Shown here: positions 38,124 through 52,830 of the stretch, piece after piece
Layout of the letters: every line of letters starts with the position of its first letter
Numbering within the stretch: the first letter of the stretch is position 1
Origin: Chiloscyllium plagiosum
Lineage: Eukaryota
DNA: 64,000 nt
Direction: 5' to 3'
Assembly (NCBI RefSeq): GCF_004010195.1
Contig: NC_057719.1
Span: 74,422,965 to 74,486,964 of the forward strand
Translations under genes and position numbers: made by a program
Notes under the pieces: model-generated
Told to the model about the DNA's origin: nothing
The model's input: only the letters and a program-made list of their open reading frames with translations
Databases searched by the model: none

Positions 38124-39660
38124 TATGATTTGCACTTGCCTCATACCAGTGCCTCAATGTCACTGATGAAAGCATTTAACTGGAACTCCACAAGACACTG
38201 GCCTGTAAAACAGTGCGAGTTTTTGTTAACAATTATGTAAATAAGTCAATTTATTGAAGAAATGCTAATACAGAAATTTGTAGAATGTGTATGATAACGG
38301 TATATAAAATACAAATTATTTGGAGTGATTCTGACTTTGGATTCAGACATCCAATTTGTCTTGGAAGGTTTGTACTTCTTCTGTTTAAGTATTCATTATG
38401 CCAAGCAAGGGTTTATGGTACATTTGGCGTCTCCGATTGGACAGATAGTTACAAAGCTTCCCCTCCTATTAACTTGGTAAAGATGAGCAAATTTATATAT
38501 GTTCCAAGTATTCAAGCCCATGCAATAATATTAAACAGATGAAGACTTTTTGAAATCTAACACTTTATAGTTCTTGAGGTTTTTCTTTGGTCTAATTTTA
38601 AATTGCCACCTTTGAATGGTAGCCTTTTATTCATGCGAGGGGTCAACAGTTTGATTCTTAAGGAAAATGTTCAACATGTTGGTTATGTACGTGGAACGCA
38701 GTGATCTGTTGGCGAAGAGAGTTCGATTTAAGCAGCGGTCAGGAATAAAATTTTTGTGTTTTGCGCTTAATTTCTTAATGAGAATTATTTGAAGCACAAC
38801 ATTTCTACACAGTTGGCACCTTGTCAACTGTCCTTTTCCTTAACAGACAACAGAAATAAGCATGGACATGAACAATTCCTTTTGTGTCTTGTGGCCTTTC
38901 TGCATTAACCCTGTGTAATCATTCAGCTGAGAAGCCACAGAAAGCTCTTTGAGTATTAATTTGATTCAGGAACCTCAGAGTTTTATTTTACTGGGGTTTT
39001 TAATTTGGTAAGAGGAAAGAAGAAAGATGGTTATCCCCTTACTCTAGTTTCATTGTATTGTCTTTGAGGCACCTTCCAAACCCCCCCGCCCCCCCCCCTC
39101 CAAGTTGGCAAAATGTTCAATTGCAAAGGTTTGCCTGCTTCGACATACAATTGAACATCCATTAGCCTGCGATTACTAAAAGTGAAATTGAAATAACTAA
39201 TTTGTCACGGACTGCATTACTGAAGTTAGCTGAGGATATTTTCAATTTTGAGCTCCAGGACAAAGGTAACAAATGCAAACATGATGACACCAATGTCGCA
39301 AAAGTCCTTCATGAATGAATAGCAGTGGGTTGTTTCTGTGCACTTTCAGTACTGGAGCTTGAGTTACAATCTAGCCAAAATGTGGTGAAAGCCTCAAATG
39401 GGAAATTAGCCTGGGCAGCTAACTTGGTTCTGAATAGTTAAGTTCTTTATTCAATAGAAAGTAATGTTAAATTAGCAATTTCTTCAGCAATATTAGGACA
39501 GTTGGTGTGAGTAATGGAAAAATTTGTAGTGGTGTGGTACAAGATGCTTGTCTGAGTTTAGGATTAAGATGCACCTTTTGGAAAGTATCCATTGTTCAGT
39601 ATATGCAATACTTGCTTGGTGCTTATTTGCCTGAACATTAATATTCCTCACTAAATATAA
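38124..39660 (+). other. DCAF5: Proximal DCAF5 3' UTR (end uncertain; may extend to the AT-rich block near 41400-41600 or further)
   Basis: Repeat-poor, AT-rich sequence directly after the stop codon; no transcript evidence for the true end. Confidence 0.5.
38744..38749 (+). promoter_or_regulatory. Candidate polyadenylation signal AATAAA
   Basis: First canonical AATAAA I see after the stop, followed by T/GT-rich sequence; alternatives at 42562 and 43194. Confidence 0.35.
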
Positions 39661-39689
39661 AAGGAGGAAGAAATGTCAATATTCTATGC

Positions 39690-40960
39690 AGTCTTTACTG
39701 TATTGACATCCAAAAGCACTTCACAGAAGCATTATGAAGCAAAATTCAACACCAAGACACACAATCATATTTGGGCAGATGACCAAAAGCTTGATCAAAG
39801 CTTTATGTTTTAAGGAACATCTTAAAAGGAATCAAGAGTAGTGAGTGGGTTTAGAAAGGAATCTGTGGGGCCTAGCCAGCTCAAGGCTTCACCACTAATG
39901 ATGGGTAATTAAAACCAAGATGCTCAAGGGATCAGGATTGATGGATGTCTTGGATGGGATGAGGCAACAAGGATTTGAAAACAAGACACATAATTTTAAA
40001 ATCAAGATGTTGCTTAAATGGGAGCCAATATAGGTCAAGCACACAGGTAATAGAACACAGGATATGATGTGAATCAGGGCACACAGCAGAGTTGTGGATG
40101 AGCTCAAGTATATGTTAAAATACGGGAAACCAGCCGGTTATGCATTAGAAAATCATGTTTAGCAGTAATTCATACATGAATGAGGGTTTCAGCAGCTGAT
40201 GAGTTGAGGTAGGAGCAGGATTGTTTTATGTTACAGATGGAAATAGACATTCTTAGTGATGGAACTGCTGTGTGGTGAGAAGCTCATCTGAGATTCAAAT
40301 ATGATGCCAAGGCTGCAAAGAGCCGGGCTTCATCTCAAGCTGTTTTTTGGGGAGAGAGAAGCAGTTGGTAATGGGGAACACTGCTTGCAACAGAACTTGA
40401 AAACAATGGCTTCAATTTTTGGAGGAAATTTCTGCTCATCCAGTACTAGCAGTTAGGTAAGCAATCTGATTATTTATGCAACCGTGGAACAGTTGAGAAA
40501 GCCAATCATGAGGTAGAGCTGGGTATTGTCAGAATGCGGGAAAAACTACTTTTTGATGTTGCCGAAGGGTAGTATGTAGATGAGTAATGGGAAACGGGGC
40601 CAAGGCCTAGGGGCAACAAAGGTGGTAATATACAATGGGCTGAGATTTTCTGGTTGTGCTTAGATAAGAATGGTACCAGCTGACTGTTGTTCCACTGATC
40701 TGGATGACAATGAAAAGGCATTGGAGGGGTACAGTGTATGAACTGTGTCAAAAACTGCAGATAGGTCGAGAAAGATAACGGATACCTTAGCTGCAACCAT
40801 ATCAGATATCATCTTTAGACTTTGATAAGAGCTACTTTAGTACTACAACAGGGTGGAAACCTGATTGGAGAGATTCAAAAATGGAGTTCCAGGAAAGATG
40901 AAAAATAGTTTTGGTTGACAACTACAAGTTCAAGGGATTTTAGAGATTAGTGATGGAGCT
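39690..40960 (-). mobile_element. Old L2-like LINE 3' fragment
   Basis: Degenerate pattern typical of minus-strand L2 3' ends; no intact ORF. Confidence 0.5.
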
Positions 40961-40994
40961 CCTATTGGTAGAGGTGAAGCTGGAGGAGATCATC

Positions 40995-41232
40995 AGAGAA
41001 TCCCCACAGTATGGAAACAGACTATTTGGCCCAATCACCCTCTGAAGAGTAACCCACCCAGACTCATTCCCTTACCCTATTACTCTACGTTTCCCCTGAC
41101 TAATGCATCTAGCCTGCACATCTTTGTACTGGGGTAGGAAACTGGAGCACCCGGAGAAAACCCACGCAGACGCTGGGAGAATGTGCAAGCTCAATGCAGA
41201 TAGCTGCCCAAGGCTGGAATTGAACCGGGGTC
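40995..41232 (-). mobile_element. HE1-type SINE, 5'-truncated
   Basis: V-core and tail on the minus strand. Confidence 0.8.
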
Positions 41233-43689
41233 CCTGATTGTAAAAGAGGTGTTTAAACATATAGTTTGCTGTAGAGAAAAGAAGCTGAGATTAATCCAAG
41301 GTGATCCAGTAATAGTGAGAAACTCAACAGAAAGGATACAAAATGATACTGTACACTGCAATATGTTTAGGTGTGTGCATAAATACTTATTTACAGCACT
41401 TGCAAAACAGAACTGTTTCTGTAATGAAATTTGGTATTTTATGGACATTCTAATGTTCTTGCATCATTTAGTGCCTGTTTGATTTAAATATATATGAAAT
41501 CATGTATACAGATTTGAAACAAATTTTAGTGGTTCTCATTTCTTTGTTGTCACCTTGGCACTGAAACAAGTGTTTATTTTTTGGTAATAACAGCGTAATT
41601 CTTCCATAAGTGCTATTCAACACTGAGCCAAAGGAATTAATTATGCTTCATCTCAAAACACCAAGTCATGTTGGCTTTCTATTTCTTTAAAAAAAAGTTT
41701 GAGCTTTCATTCAACTGCCAGTGGATCCATGGAGACTTTTTCCTTGGCAATTCGATCCAGTTACTTCAGTTCCATCTTTGTCTCAGTTTTTATTTAACAT
41801 TGCTAAAATCCTTTTTGCATTAGATCTTCCAATGAGCCAATTGGTAAAGTCAGTTCCTTAGAGGTGATATAGTACCTTTGTCGAGTAAGCTGGTTTTATC
41901 TAGTATGAAAGTTGGTCTCTGCATTCCTTGACAAGTAAAGGCAAAAGTAACTATTTCACATAAACCGAAGTACTATCGAACTTAACATAAGATTGAGTAC
42001 AGAGTTGGCCTCCGTCAATTTCCTCCAGTAGATCTAAGACTTTGGGTAAGGCTTTTTGCTCATAATGTAATCTTCATACTCCACTGCTGCACTGAGGAAC
42101 TGCTGTTTCGTTAAAGTCATAATGGCTCAATTGGCAATACTGCACTTCAAGTTATTGGGTTTTTGCCCTATTCAGTGAAATATAGATTGACACTTTAGTG
42201 CAAGGTGATGGAGTGCTACCATGTCAGATGCAATCTTCTGTATTAGATTTTTAAGCAAGATATCATGCCTTCTCAGTGGACATTAATGGGATCTTTTAAC
42301 AGAATATTTCTTGATCAACATCAAAAATATTGATCAAGAAATAGGTTATCTGGTCGTTATCATGTTGCTTGTGGGAACTTGCTGTGTACAAATTACCTGA
42401 CAAATTTCCTACATTGTGACAGTGATTATGCTTCAGAAGTTCATAATTGTCTGGAATGTGCATTAAGATGGTCTTGATGTTAAAAATATATTACACAGAT
42501 AAAATTTTAAAAATTTCCCCATTTCTCAACAATTTTTTTCTCTCTTAACCAACACCAGCAAAATAAAATCAATTACTTGGTCTCATATCTCATTATTTGA
42601 GACTTGGCTGCTACATTTGCCTATTTAAACAATTGAAATTCAAAAGGAACACATTTTGCAACACTTCAATGCAATTTGATATGATTAGATATTCCACAAA
42701 CGCAAAGATGACACATAGTAGGGAATATAGCATATTATTAATTGTAGGGTAAGCAGGAACTATTCTTACACTTAAGCATGTATGTGTACGTTGTTATTAC
42801 AAATAATCCTAATGCTGCTTATTTCTGTAAAGCATTGTCAAATCTTTCATAAGTGAGGAAACGTTGAGAAGGAATGGAGACGTGTGAAAAGCAGGCTGAA
42901 TGTACTGAATCATGTAGTCTCTCTGGTGCAGTCAAGTAGCACAAAGACCAGCTCAACAGAGGACCTGCTTCAGGAATTTGGTGGTGAGGGAATTCTAAAT
43001 GTACTAAAGGTTGACCTCTTTCTGAAGTTTAGTCAAATATTGTGTTTACCATTCAAGTTCTACCAGACTTTGTTTCTTTTACAGTGTTAATCAGTCATAA
43101 CCAAACTGCTGAATAATGAAAGCTGCGGTTAGTTGGGTGACTAGTTGGGACTGATATCCTGGTCATCTTGGGCTGATCTTCTACTACTGTATTAATAAAA
43201 TATGTTTTTGCTAACATGGAATAAGTTGCTTGACAATTAATTCAAAAGATTACAAATTCAACACTCGTAGATTTGCTGAACATTGTAAGAGGGAATTGAA
43301 TGCACTGAGGGTGGAGTTGCTATTCTGGAGTAACGCATGAACTGCTGTGAGAATCTGAACTATATGACAGGCAAAGATACAAGATTACAAAATGATTAAC
43401 TTTATTGAAGTATGCATCAACATTACACTGATGAATAGGAAATAGCATAAGTAGCAAATAGGAGAAGCAAATAATATCATGTAACCCATCAGTGAGAAAG
43501 CAAACAAGCAGAAGTCTCTCAATTCTGTTTTGTCCTCATTTTATAAATACTCCACAGAGGTTGAAACTTTCCAAAACATAGAATGATTTGTCTGGCTTGA
43601 TTTAAACTATGAAGTGAGAGGTTTACACATGCTGCAAAGCTGAATCATGCAGTATCAAAGAGGTCTGTTGAGTTTGCACTGGCAAAAAA

Positions 43690-44820
43690 GCTATTGTAAA
43701 CTTACTGGTCCCACTTTCCAGCACATGGTGCACTGCCTCGAATGATATGACATTTCAAGTGCTCATCCAAGTACTTTTTAAAGTTTGTAGGGTTTCCCAT
43801 TTCAACTATGCTCCCAAGCAGTGCATTCCAGATTCCCGCCACCCTCTGGCTGAATAAGATTTTCCCCAAATCTCTAAAGCTCCTACTTTTCACCTTAAAA
43901 TTATACCCACTTAGAGTCATAGAGATGTACAGCATGGAAACAGACCCTTCGGTCCAACCCGTCCACACCGACCAGACATCGCAGCCCAATCTAGTCCCAC
44001 CTGCCAGCACCCGGCCCATATCCCCCCAAACCCTTCCTATTCATATACCCATCCAAATGCCTCTTAAATGTTGCAATTGTACCAGCCTCCACTACATCCT
44101 CTGGCAGCTCATTCCATACACGTACCACCCTCTGCATGAAAAAGTTGCCCGTTAGGTCTCTTTTATATCTTTCCCCTCTCACCCGAAACCTATGCCCTCT
44201 AGTTCTGGACTCCCCGACCCTAGGGAAAAGACTTTGTCTATTTATCCTATCCATGCCCCTGTACAGCCGCAACATGACCTCCCAACGCCTGTACTCAATA
44301 CTCTGACCAATAAAGGAAAGCATACCTAACGGCTTCTTCACCATCCTATTTATCTGCGACTCCACTTTCAAGGAGCTATGAACCTGCACTCCAAGGTCTC
44401 TTTGTTCAGCAACACTCCCTAGGACCTTACCATTAAGTGTATAAGTCCTGCTAAAATTTGCTTTTCCAAAATGCAGCACCTTGCATTTATCTGAATTAAA
44501 CTCCATCTGCCACTTCTCAGCCCAATGGCCCATTCTGGTCCAGATCCTGTTGTAATCTGAGGTAACCCTCTTCGCTGTCCACGACACCTCAAATTTTCTT
44601 TAACAAAGAGGAACAGCTGCTTTCTATCCATCCTGCAAATGTCCCTTGTAATCTTATATACTTCAATCAGGTCGCCATCCAGCCTTCTCGGCTCCAAAGA
44701 TTACGACCTGAACTTATACAACATCGCTTCATAAACTGCTCCATTCCAGACAACATCCTGGTGAATCTCCTCTGCACCCCTTTCACTGCAAGCACATCCT
44801 TCCAGTAGTGTGGTGAACAG
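43690..44820 (-). mobile_element. Young HER1-like CR1 3' end (~43912-44590) nested in an older CR1 fragment
   Basis: ORF 43991-44587: WQMEFNSDKCKVLHFG...RDLGVQVH...TRGHRF...FFMQRVVRVWNELP. Confidence 0.9.
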
Positions 44821-46194
44821 TGAAATCTTCCAGCTGTCCCCGTCTTGTCCTTCAAACTCTTTAACTCACAGAAAAACTCGTCTGTTTTCACCCAGGCACT
44901 CTGTCTTTAACTCAGGCCACAGAAAACTGAAACTTTGCTTCTAATTGTCCACTATAATTCAACCAAGTGACTAAAGGGTTACATATTCCCTCAACATACA
45001 CAAGAGCTTTTCTCTCACCTCTCTGAGATGGTTCCCCCTAATCTCTGTCACACCTGGTCAGAACCGCAGGGAAAAAGATATACTTTTAACGTGCTGGCCA
45101 ACATCTGGCTGTTTGGCAAGGAACAAGGGAAGGCCGGCCTTTCTTAAATTTCTCTGTACCTGTTTTCAAAATCTGCAGCAATTAGATTGGTTGCTGCCCA
45201 CATGATCGGATCTATGAGTCGTTATCATCCCTTATAGACAGAGTCCTTATGAACTGCCTCAAAATACCTTTCTTGACTGGAACAAAGCTCCCAAGGAGGC
45301 CGAGAATTCCATCATTTACTAAACATCAACCAGATGTCTTCTTTCATACTGTTTCAACATTCCTCATGATGACCCTTGAACCAAAAGAAAGTTATACGAT
45401 GCCCTTAATAGGTATGTGTACCATTGCAATGTTTACAATAAGAACAGACCTTCATACCTGATTTCTCATAATTTTATGCTTTTGGGCATTTTACTGCTTT
45501 TATCCTATTAAGAATGCAGAAGACAGGACATTCCTGTTAAGTGTTTGTTTGGTTGAAATAACCATTATTATTTTCCATTCACTTAACCCTTGTATTCCCA
45601 CAAAGACCAAGCTAGCAAATTTAAATGTGTTGAATTTGACTCTGTTTTTCATGCCTCATACACTTTGATATCGCAATAGGTATAACTTAAATGGTGTGCA
45701 ATTGAAAATTAATCAGTTACATTGAAATTTCCATTTATTTATACACTGGCCTTTTATAATGCAACAAGTATTCTGAGAGAAGGAATAAAAAGCAGCATGA
45801 TCTAAGAGTGAAGGCCTTGAAGCGTTTACTGGTTGAGTGAGTATGTTAATTGCTTTTGACTTTTTTTCTTTAAATTAGAACAGTAATATGAACTCACGTT
45901 GGAGATATAATTACTGTAAATTTATCACAACTAAGTAAGGAACATGCAGCAAGGATAGATGACTTGGTTGTTCAAACCTGCTCCTCTATTCAATTTGATC
46001 CTGGCTGATGTGAATATTCCACTCTCCTGACTACCCAAAGCAATGTTTCACCCCCTGCTTATTCAACTATCTTTCCTTTAAAAATATTCAAACATTCTGC
46101 TTCCACTCATTTTTGAAGAAGAGGTTATCTGACTTAATATAAGTAGAAGTAACAGTTTCTAAACTTGAAACCTTAATTGATTAAATAAAATACA

Positions 46195-48545
46195 ACTGAA
46201 ATGGCAGAGGAGGTGATGTGTTGCAGCTGTAGAATGTGGGAAATACTGGACATTACTGTGATACACAGAAACCATATCTGCAGCTCAAGAAACTTTGGAC
46301 CAAGAGTTGACAAACTGGTGTCCAAGTTATGGACTCAAAGGTCAAGGTTGTTGCAGTCTGTGTGGGCCTGCATGCATCAGAAGGGGCTTGAATAGCGGAT
46401 AAGCAAATCAAACATAAAATCATACAATGGGGACTATTCAAATTGGAGGAGAGAGTTAAAAGAAACATAGTACTAGTAAGGGAAAGTATTTTTAGAAGTA
46501 TAGATACTGACCTCAGTAGCCAAGGGCATAAGCCCCAAAAGCTGTGTTGCTTGCTTGAAGCTGCAAAAGTATCTTGGAGGCTAAAAGTCCAATGATTCCA
46601 CATGTGAGCCAAAGACACAGAAAGGCCTAAGAAAGACATCCTGAAAGATTATAAACTGCAAGTGGCAAAATGTTTAAAAAAAAAACTGTTATTGGTCTGC
46701 AAATTTTTACTTGAGTCTTAAGCAATTTTATACAAGATAAATTGATGCATGTTTAAAGATTGTTATGGGAGATGTGGATTTCAACTAAAGACTGGTGCCA
46801 GTACTGGAGAAGGAGGGGCTTCACTTGAATTCAACAGGTCTTGGCAAAACACATAACTAGGACTGTAGAGACAACTTTAACCTACATGATAAGGGGCAGA
46901 TTTCGTGTGAGGGAAGATTTACAAAGTTAGTAAGAAAGGTTAAGGCAAGGTAGTGATATGGGTAATGGTAACCTGAGTGTGACAGGGAAAATGTACATAC
47001 CAAAGAGTGCGCAAGCACATAAGATTAGACTAAAGAAAATACAAAAAAGACAATTCAAAGATTTTTTAAAAATCTGAAAATACAGAATTTATAACAAGGT
47101 GATGGAATTGACAGTGCAAATAGAAATAAATAGGTATGATATCATAATTATTTAGAAACATGGTTGTCAAGTAATCAATGCTGGGATCTACACGTTCAAG
47201 GATATTTCACGATTCAGAAGAACAGGAAGTAATGAAAAGGAGGTGAGGTAGCTCTGTTAATAAAAGATGACCAGACAATTGTAATGAGATATTATCTTGG
47301 TTCAGAAGTCAAGATTTGGAATAAGTTTGGATGGAAACTTTTTAAAAGCCAGAGAAATAAATCACTGGTGGAAATACACTATAAGCCCATTAACTATGTT
47401 AGGTTGTAAAAGTATAAGTTTAGAAATGATTGGGACTTGTAAGAAAGATACAAGAATAAATGTGGGCAATTTTATTCATAAAAATTAATCAAATAAGATA
47501 GGGAAAGGTAACTGAAGATTAGTTCACAGAATGTATTTGACCTGTTTCTTAGAATTGTGAACAATCTATTCCATACCTGATGATGTGTAACGACTCAGAA
47601 CGAATTAATGGTTACATAGTAAAGAAGCCTCTAGGTAAGAATGAGTGTAACATGTTTGAACTTCTCACTAAGTGTGGGAAACTTGAGTCTGAAAAGAGAT
47701 AGGTAACTGCAAAGGTGTGAAGAGTGCATTAGCTAAAGTAGAACTGCAAAAATTAGTTAAAAGGGGAGATGGTAGAACAGCAGTGACAGAGGTTTAAGAT
47801 ATTCCAAATCTTAATATGAAATGTATCAAAATGGAAATATTCTGATGGTGTGTTATCTGCTATTGTGCTTTTCATAATTTACATAAATGATTTGGATGTG
47901 AACATAGGAGGTATGGTTAGGAAGTTTGGAGATAACACCAAAATTGAAAGGTGTAGTGGACAGTGAAGAAGGTCACTTCAGAGTACAGCGGGATCTTGAT
48001 CAGATGGGCCAATGGCCAAAGAATGGCAGATGGAATTTAACTTAGATAAATTTGACGTGCTGCATTTTGGAGACGCAAACCAGGGCAGGAGTTATACATT
48101 TAATGGTAAGGTCTTGGGAAATGTTTCTGAACAAAGAGACCGTGGAGTCCACATTCATCATTCGTTGAAATGGAGTCACAGGTAGATAGGATAGTGAGGA
48201 AGGTGTTTGGTACACTTGCTTTTATTGGTCAGTTCATTGAGTTTAAGAGTTGGGAGGTCATATTCCAGCTGTAGAGGACATTGGTTAGGACCACTATTGG
48301 AATACTGTGTGCAATTCTGGTCTCCCTGCAATGGGAAGTATGTTGTGAAACTTGAAATGGTTCAGAAAATATTTACAAGGATATTGCCAGGGCTGGAGGA
48401 TTTGAGCTAAAGGGAGTGGTTGAATAGGCTGGGGCTGTTTTCCCTGGACCATTGGAAACTGAGGGGTGACCTTTTCGAGGTTTATAAAATCATGAGGGGC
48501 ATGGATAAGATAAATAGATAAAATCTCTTCCCTGGGGTAGGGGGA
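46195..48545 (+). mobile_element. Decayed CR1: ORF1 zinc-finger start, APE remnant, then a younger RT/3' fragment
   Basis: VMCCSCRMWE (CR1 ORF1), ETWLS near 47155, YINDLD near 47880, LEYCVQFWSP near 48300. Confidence 0.8.
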
Positions 48546-48659
48546 GTCCATACCCCCACTGGAGCTGCTGGAGATCCTCTGGCTTCTTTCTATCTTGTTC
48601 ACAGCCCCAAACTGTTCAGCTACCTGTGAATGAATCACATAACTGTTGATAGGAAGGCC

Positions 48660-50097
48660 TTGTCATTAATAACAGGCCTGGCAATGGTACTGAAAACTTG
48701 TGCCCAGAGCTCGCCATGACCCTAGTCTAGTTGTTCCAGTGCAGTTGCAACACCGGCATCCTCCCAACAATGTGAGAAATTGTCCAGATATTTCATGTAT
48801 ACACAAAGCAGGCCAAAGCTAACCCAGCCAATTACTGGCCCATCAGTCTACTCCTGACCATCAGTGAAGTGTTGGAAGACATTATCACGTTATCAGCAGC
48901 ACTTAGAAATAACTTCTCTGTAATGATCCGTTTGGGTTATGCTAGTGCCACTCAGTTCCCTGACATCATTACAGTCTTGGTTCAAACACAGAAAAAACAG
49001 CTGAATTCCACTGGTAAGGTGAGAGTGACCAACCCGACCTCAAAACCACATTTGACCAAGTGTGGCATTAAGGAACAGGAGCAAAACTCGAGGCAATGGG
49101 CATTGGGGTGAAAACCTTCCATTGGTTAGAGTCATAGTTAGCACAAAGGAAGACGATTGTTGGAGGTCAGTCATCTCAGCTTCAGGGCATCTCTGCAGGA
49201 ATTCCTCAAGGTATTGTCCTTTGTCTAGCCATCTTCAGCTGCTTCATCATTGGCCTTGCCTCCATATAAATTCAGAAGTGGGGATGTCCACTGAGCATTG
49301 CATAACGTTCAGTACCATCCACAACTCCTCAGATAGTGAAGGAGTCCATACGTAGCTTGGATTGACAAGGCAAGTAACAGGTGCACTACACGTGTGACAG
49401 GCAGTGACCACCAAGAACAAAACAGAATCTATTCATCATGTCTTGACATTGAATGGCATCACTGTCACTGAATCCCTCACTACAAATTTCCTGGGGCTGG
49501 GGGTTACCATTGACCAGAAACTGATGTAGACTGGCCATATAAATATTGTGATTACAAGAGCAGATCAGAGGCTGGAAATCCTGTAAATCCCCAAAACCTG
49601 TCTACCATCTACAGTCAAGAATGCGATGGAATATTATTCACTTTTTTGGATGAGTACAGCTCCAATACTGAAGAAGCTTGACACCACTCAAGACAAAGCA
49701 GCCTGCTTGATTGGCACCACAACTACAAACATCTGCTTTTTCCATCAATGAGCCTCAGGAGCAGCATTTGCAAGATGTGCTGCAGAAATTTGCTCAGGCT
49801 CTTTGGAAAGCATCTTCCAGATGCTGTTTTGAAGAGTAGGAGTGGCAAATATATGGAAATACCACCACCTGTAAGTTCCCCTCCAAGCCACTAAGTGTGT
49901 TGTTCAGGAAATATATTGTTGAGTGTCATTGGATCAAAATCCTGAAACTCCTTCCCTAACAACATTGTGGACCAATATACACCAAATGGTCTTCAGTGGT
50001 TCAAGTAGACAGCTCCCTACTACCTCCTCAAAGGCAGCAAGGGTTGGACAATAATGTTAGCCCAGCCAGCGACACCGAAATCCCCTGAAAGAATAAT
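48660..50097 (+). mobile_element. Second LINE family, RT and 3' end
   Basis: 48660-49070 is similar to 32815-33215 (NYWPISLL); ends in cccagccagcgacacc...gaataa. Confidence 0.8.
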
Positions 50098-50129
50098 AAG
50101 AGCTGTAGAAGGACCAAACAAATTTACAC

Positions 50130-51720
50130 ATGGCAACGAGGGGCATGGCTGAAGAATTAAACAAATATTTTGCGGCTGTTTTGATTGAGGATAAAGATGC
50201 TGCCCAAGTCATGAAAGAAGAAGTAATTCCAGAGACTACCAGGTTTAAAATTGATGGGAAGAGGTATTTAGATAAGTGTCTGTACTTAAAAGTTGCTTCG
50301 GCACTAGTACAGGATGAGATGTATCTAAAGATACTGAGGGATTAGGAGTAGATCTTGCAGACGTACCGACCGTCACTTTTCAGTCTTGCCTAGCCTCAGG
50401 ATGATGGCAAGGGGGCTGCAGAATTGTTAATTTCATACCCATGTTCAAGAAAATGCAAAAGTAGGCCTGGAAAAAACTTTTAGAAACAATGAGTCAAGAC
50501 AACATTAGTAGTCACATGGACAAATATAATTTAATTGAGTAAAGCCAATATAGATATAAAGGAAGATGATGTTTAACTAACTTATAGGATATTTTTGAAG
50601 AGGTAGCAAACAAGGTTGATGTTGTTGATGTGGCGTTCTCAAGCTTCCAAAAGGTCAAGCCGCCAAATTTATAGCTTATAGACTAAAAGGAGAGTAGCAA
50701 CATGAGTGCACAATTGTTTGTAACAGGCATCAAAGAATGAGGATGTTTCCCAGGCTAGAGAATAGTCTGTAATGAACTCCCTCAGGAATAGTGATGGGAG
50801 TCTTACTTTTCCTGATATATATTAATGATGTAGACCTTTGGCGTACAGGACATAATTTCAAAGACTTCAGATGGTATGAACGTTACGAGCATTGTGAACT
50901 GTCAGGGGAGTGGTGTCGATCTTCAAAATAACATAGACAAGTCGGTGGAATGGGCAGAGGGGTAACAATTTATGTCCAATTCCAAGTAATGTGAATAGAT
51001 TCATTGTGACAGCAAGAATATGGAGAAACAATATAAAATAGACAACACAATTACCAAAGGTGATGCAGGAGCAGAGGGATCTGAGTATATATATGTGCAT
51101 TATGCATTGAAAGTGACAGGACAGGTTGAGAGCACTGGATACATGCAGTATCTTGGGCTTTATTCACAGGGGCATAGAGTACAAAAGCAAGGAGGTTATG
51201 TTGCAAAAAATGCTGTTGTATTGTGTCTGATATTTGGCTGCCACAATTAGGAAGCAAGTGAAGGCACTGGGAGAAGAGTGCAGAAATGATTTATGTGTAT
51301 GGTTTCAGGGATGAGGAAGTTCTGTTATGAAGATATATTGGAGATGTCAGGGCTGTTTTCCTCAGCGAAAAGAAGGCTGAGAGGAGATTTGAAATTGATG
51401 AATTCAAATTCATGAGGGGTTTGGGCTGAGTCGATAAGGACAAACTGCTCGACCGCTTGAAAAGGTCATGAATGAGAGCACAGGTTTAAAGTAATTGGTA
51501 AAAGAAACAAAAAGGACAGGAGGATAAACTCTTTCACATAGCAAGTGATTAAAGTCTGGAGAGTGAGACAGCTTCAATTGAAGCAATCAAAAGGGAAGAA
51601 TGTGCACGCTTACGGGGAGATAGCCAGGGAACAGTGTGAGATGAGTTATTCATTCTGAGAGTCAGTGCAGGTGAGGTAGGTAAACGGCCTCCTCCTGTGC
51701 AGTAATAATTCTGTGATTTG
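50130..51720 (+). mobile_element. Old CR1 ORF2 fragment
   Basis: AEELNKYFA, LIYINDVD and C-terminal CR1 motifs with many disruptions. Confidence 0.75.
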
Positions 51721-52479
51721 GAACTCATGGTATGTTGAAGCACAGTTAATCATTTCAGAGGAAGAGGGTGGGCTCTTGAATTAAATAAAGTCAAGGGCTA
51801 CTGGGGTAGAGCGAGGGATGAAACTGGCTGGATTGTCCCATGAGCAGCCAGCTTAGACTGGGTAGACTGAAAAGGTTGCTTCTTGTGCAATGTCTGACGC
51901 TAGGTTGGCCCTTTACTCTTTGGTGTTTGGAAGAATGAGAAGTGATCTTATTGGAACACGTAATATTCTTGTCAGGGAGATGCTGAGAGGATGTTTCTCC
52001 TCCTCAGGAAATCTCAAACTAGGGACACGGTTTCAGAATAAAGGACCTCTCATTTAAGACAAGAAACACTTTAAAATCTACACAGTCTTTATATGTCAAT
52101 AATCAACATCATGTATTAGTGACATATAATAACTGGGTAGACCTTAAACACTGTGTGTGTGTGGATTATAGAGCTGATTATATCACCATAAACATTACAT
52201 ATGTGTGGCTTATAGATATACAGTACTGATTATAACCATCGTCTGTATCACAGACATATGTGGGATATAGCCAGTGTTCATTTACAGATATATAAATACC
52301 ACAATGCAAGTATATCCCTGATCCACTACAGAGCATCCACATTTGCCACTGCCTCCCAGTCCAACCCCCAGACCTTCACACTCCTCACCCTGGCCCACCC
52401 ACCAGGATCCTCAGCACCACAGTCTGGCAATCCTTGACCTTCACCCATCCTCCTCAAGCCCTTGCAATCTGCACCCATT

Positions 52480-52830
52480 CCCTGCATGAACACCATGTAT
52501 GTTCCGTGGAATAAAGGGATCCAGAACCTTCCACGTCACTGTCCTTCAGCATTTCGACACTGCGATTCCAAGTGGGGTGCAGCTTGATGGACAAGTTGTC
52601 GCCATTTTGAATGATTGATAGCAAGCCCCTCTCAGTCATTAATATTAATGGCATCACATTTCAAGGATGACTTCAGAGCATCTTCAAAGCACTTTCTTTG
52701 TCCTGCCCTCAACAGTGGCCATTCGACAGTTGTATTTGGCAGGAGAGATGCTTCTCAACTGCCTGGCCATAGTGTCCAGTCCATTGAAGATGGTTTTTGC
52801 CTGAGTTCTCTTGAAGAAGGAGGCTTGTGC
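52480..52830 (-). mobile_element. RTE-clade LINE 3' fragment
   Basis: Minus strand HLQWTGH... and GQRKCFEDALKSSLK...W pattern of the RTE ORF C-terminus. Confidence 0.65.

Noticed and set aside
52130..52300. Degenerate minisatellite (tgtgtgg.ttataga...)
   Set aside because: Too diverged and short to define a unit or function.
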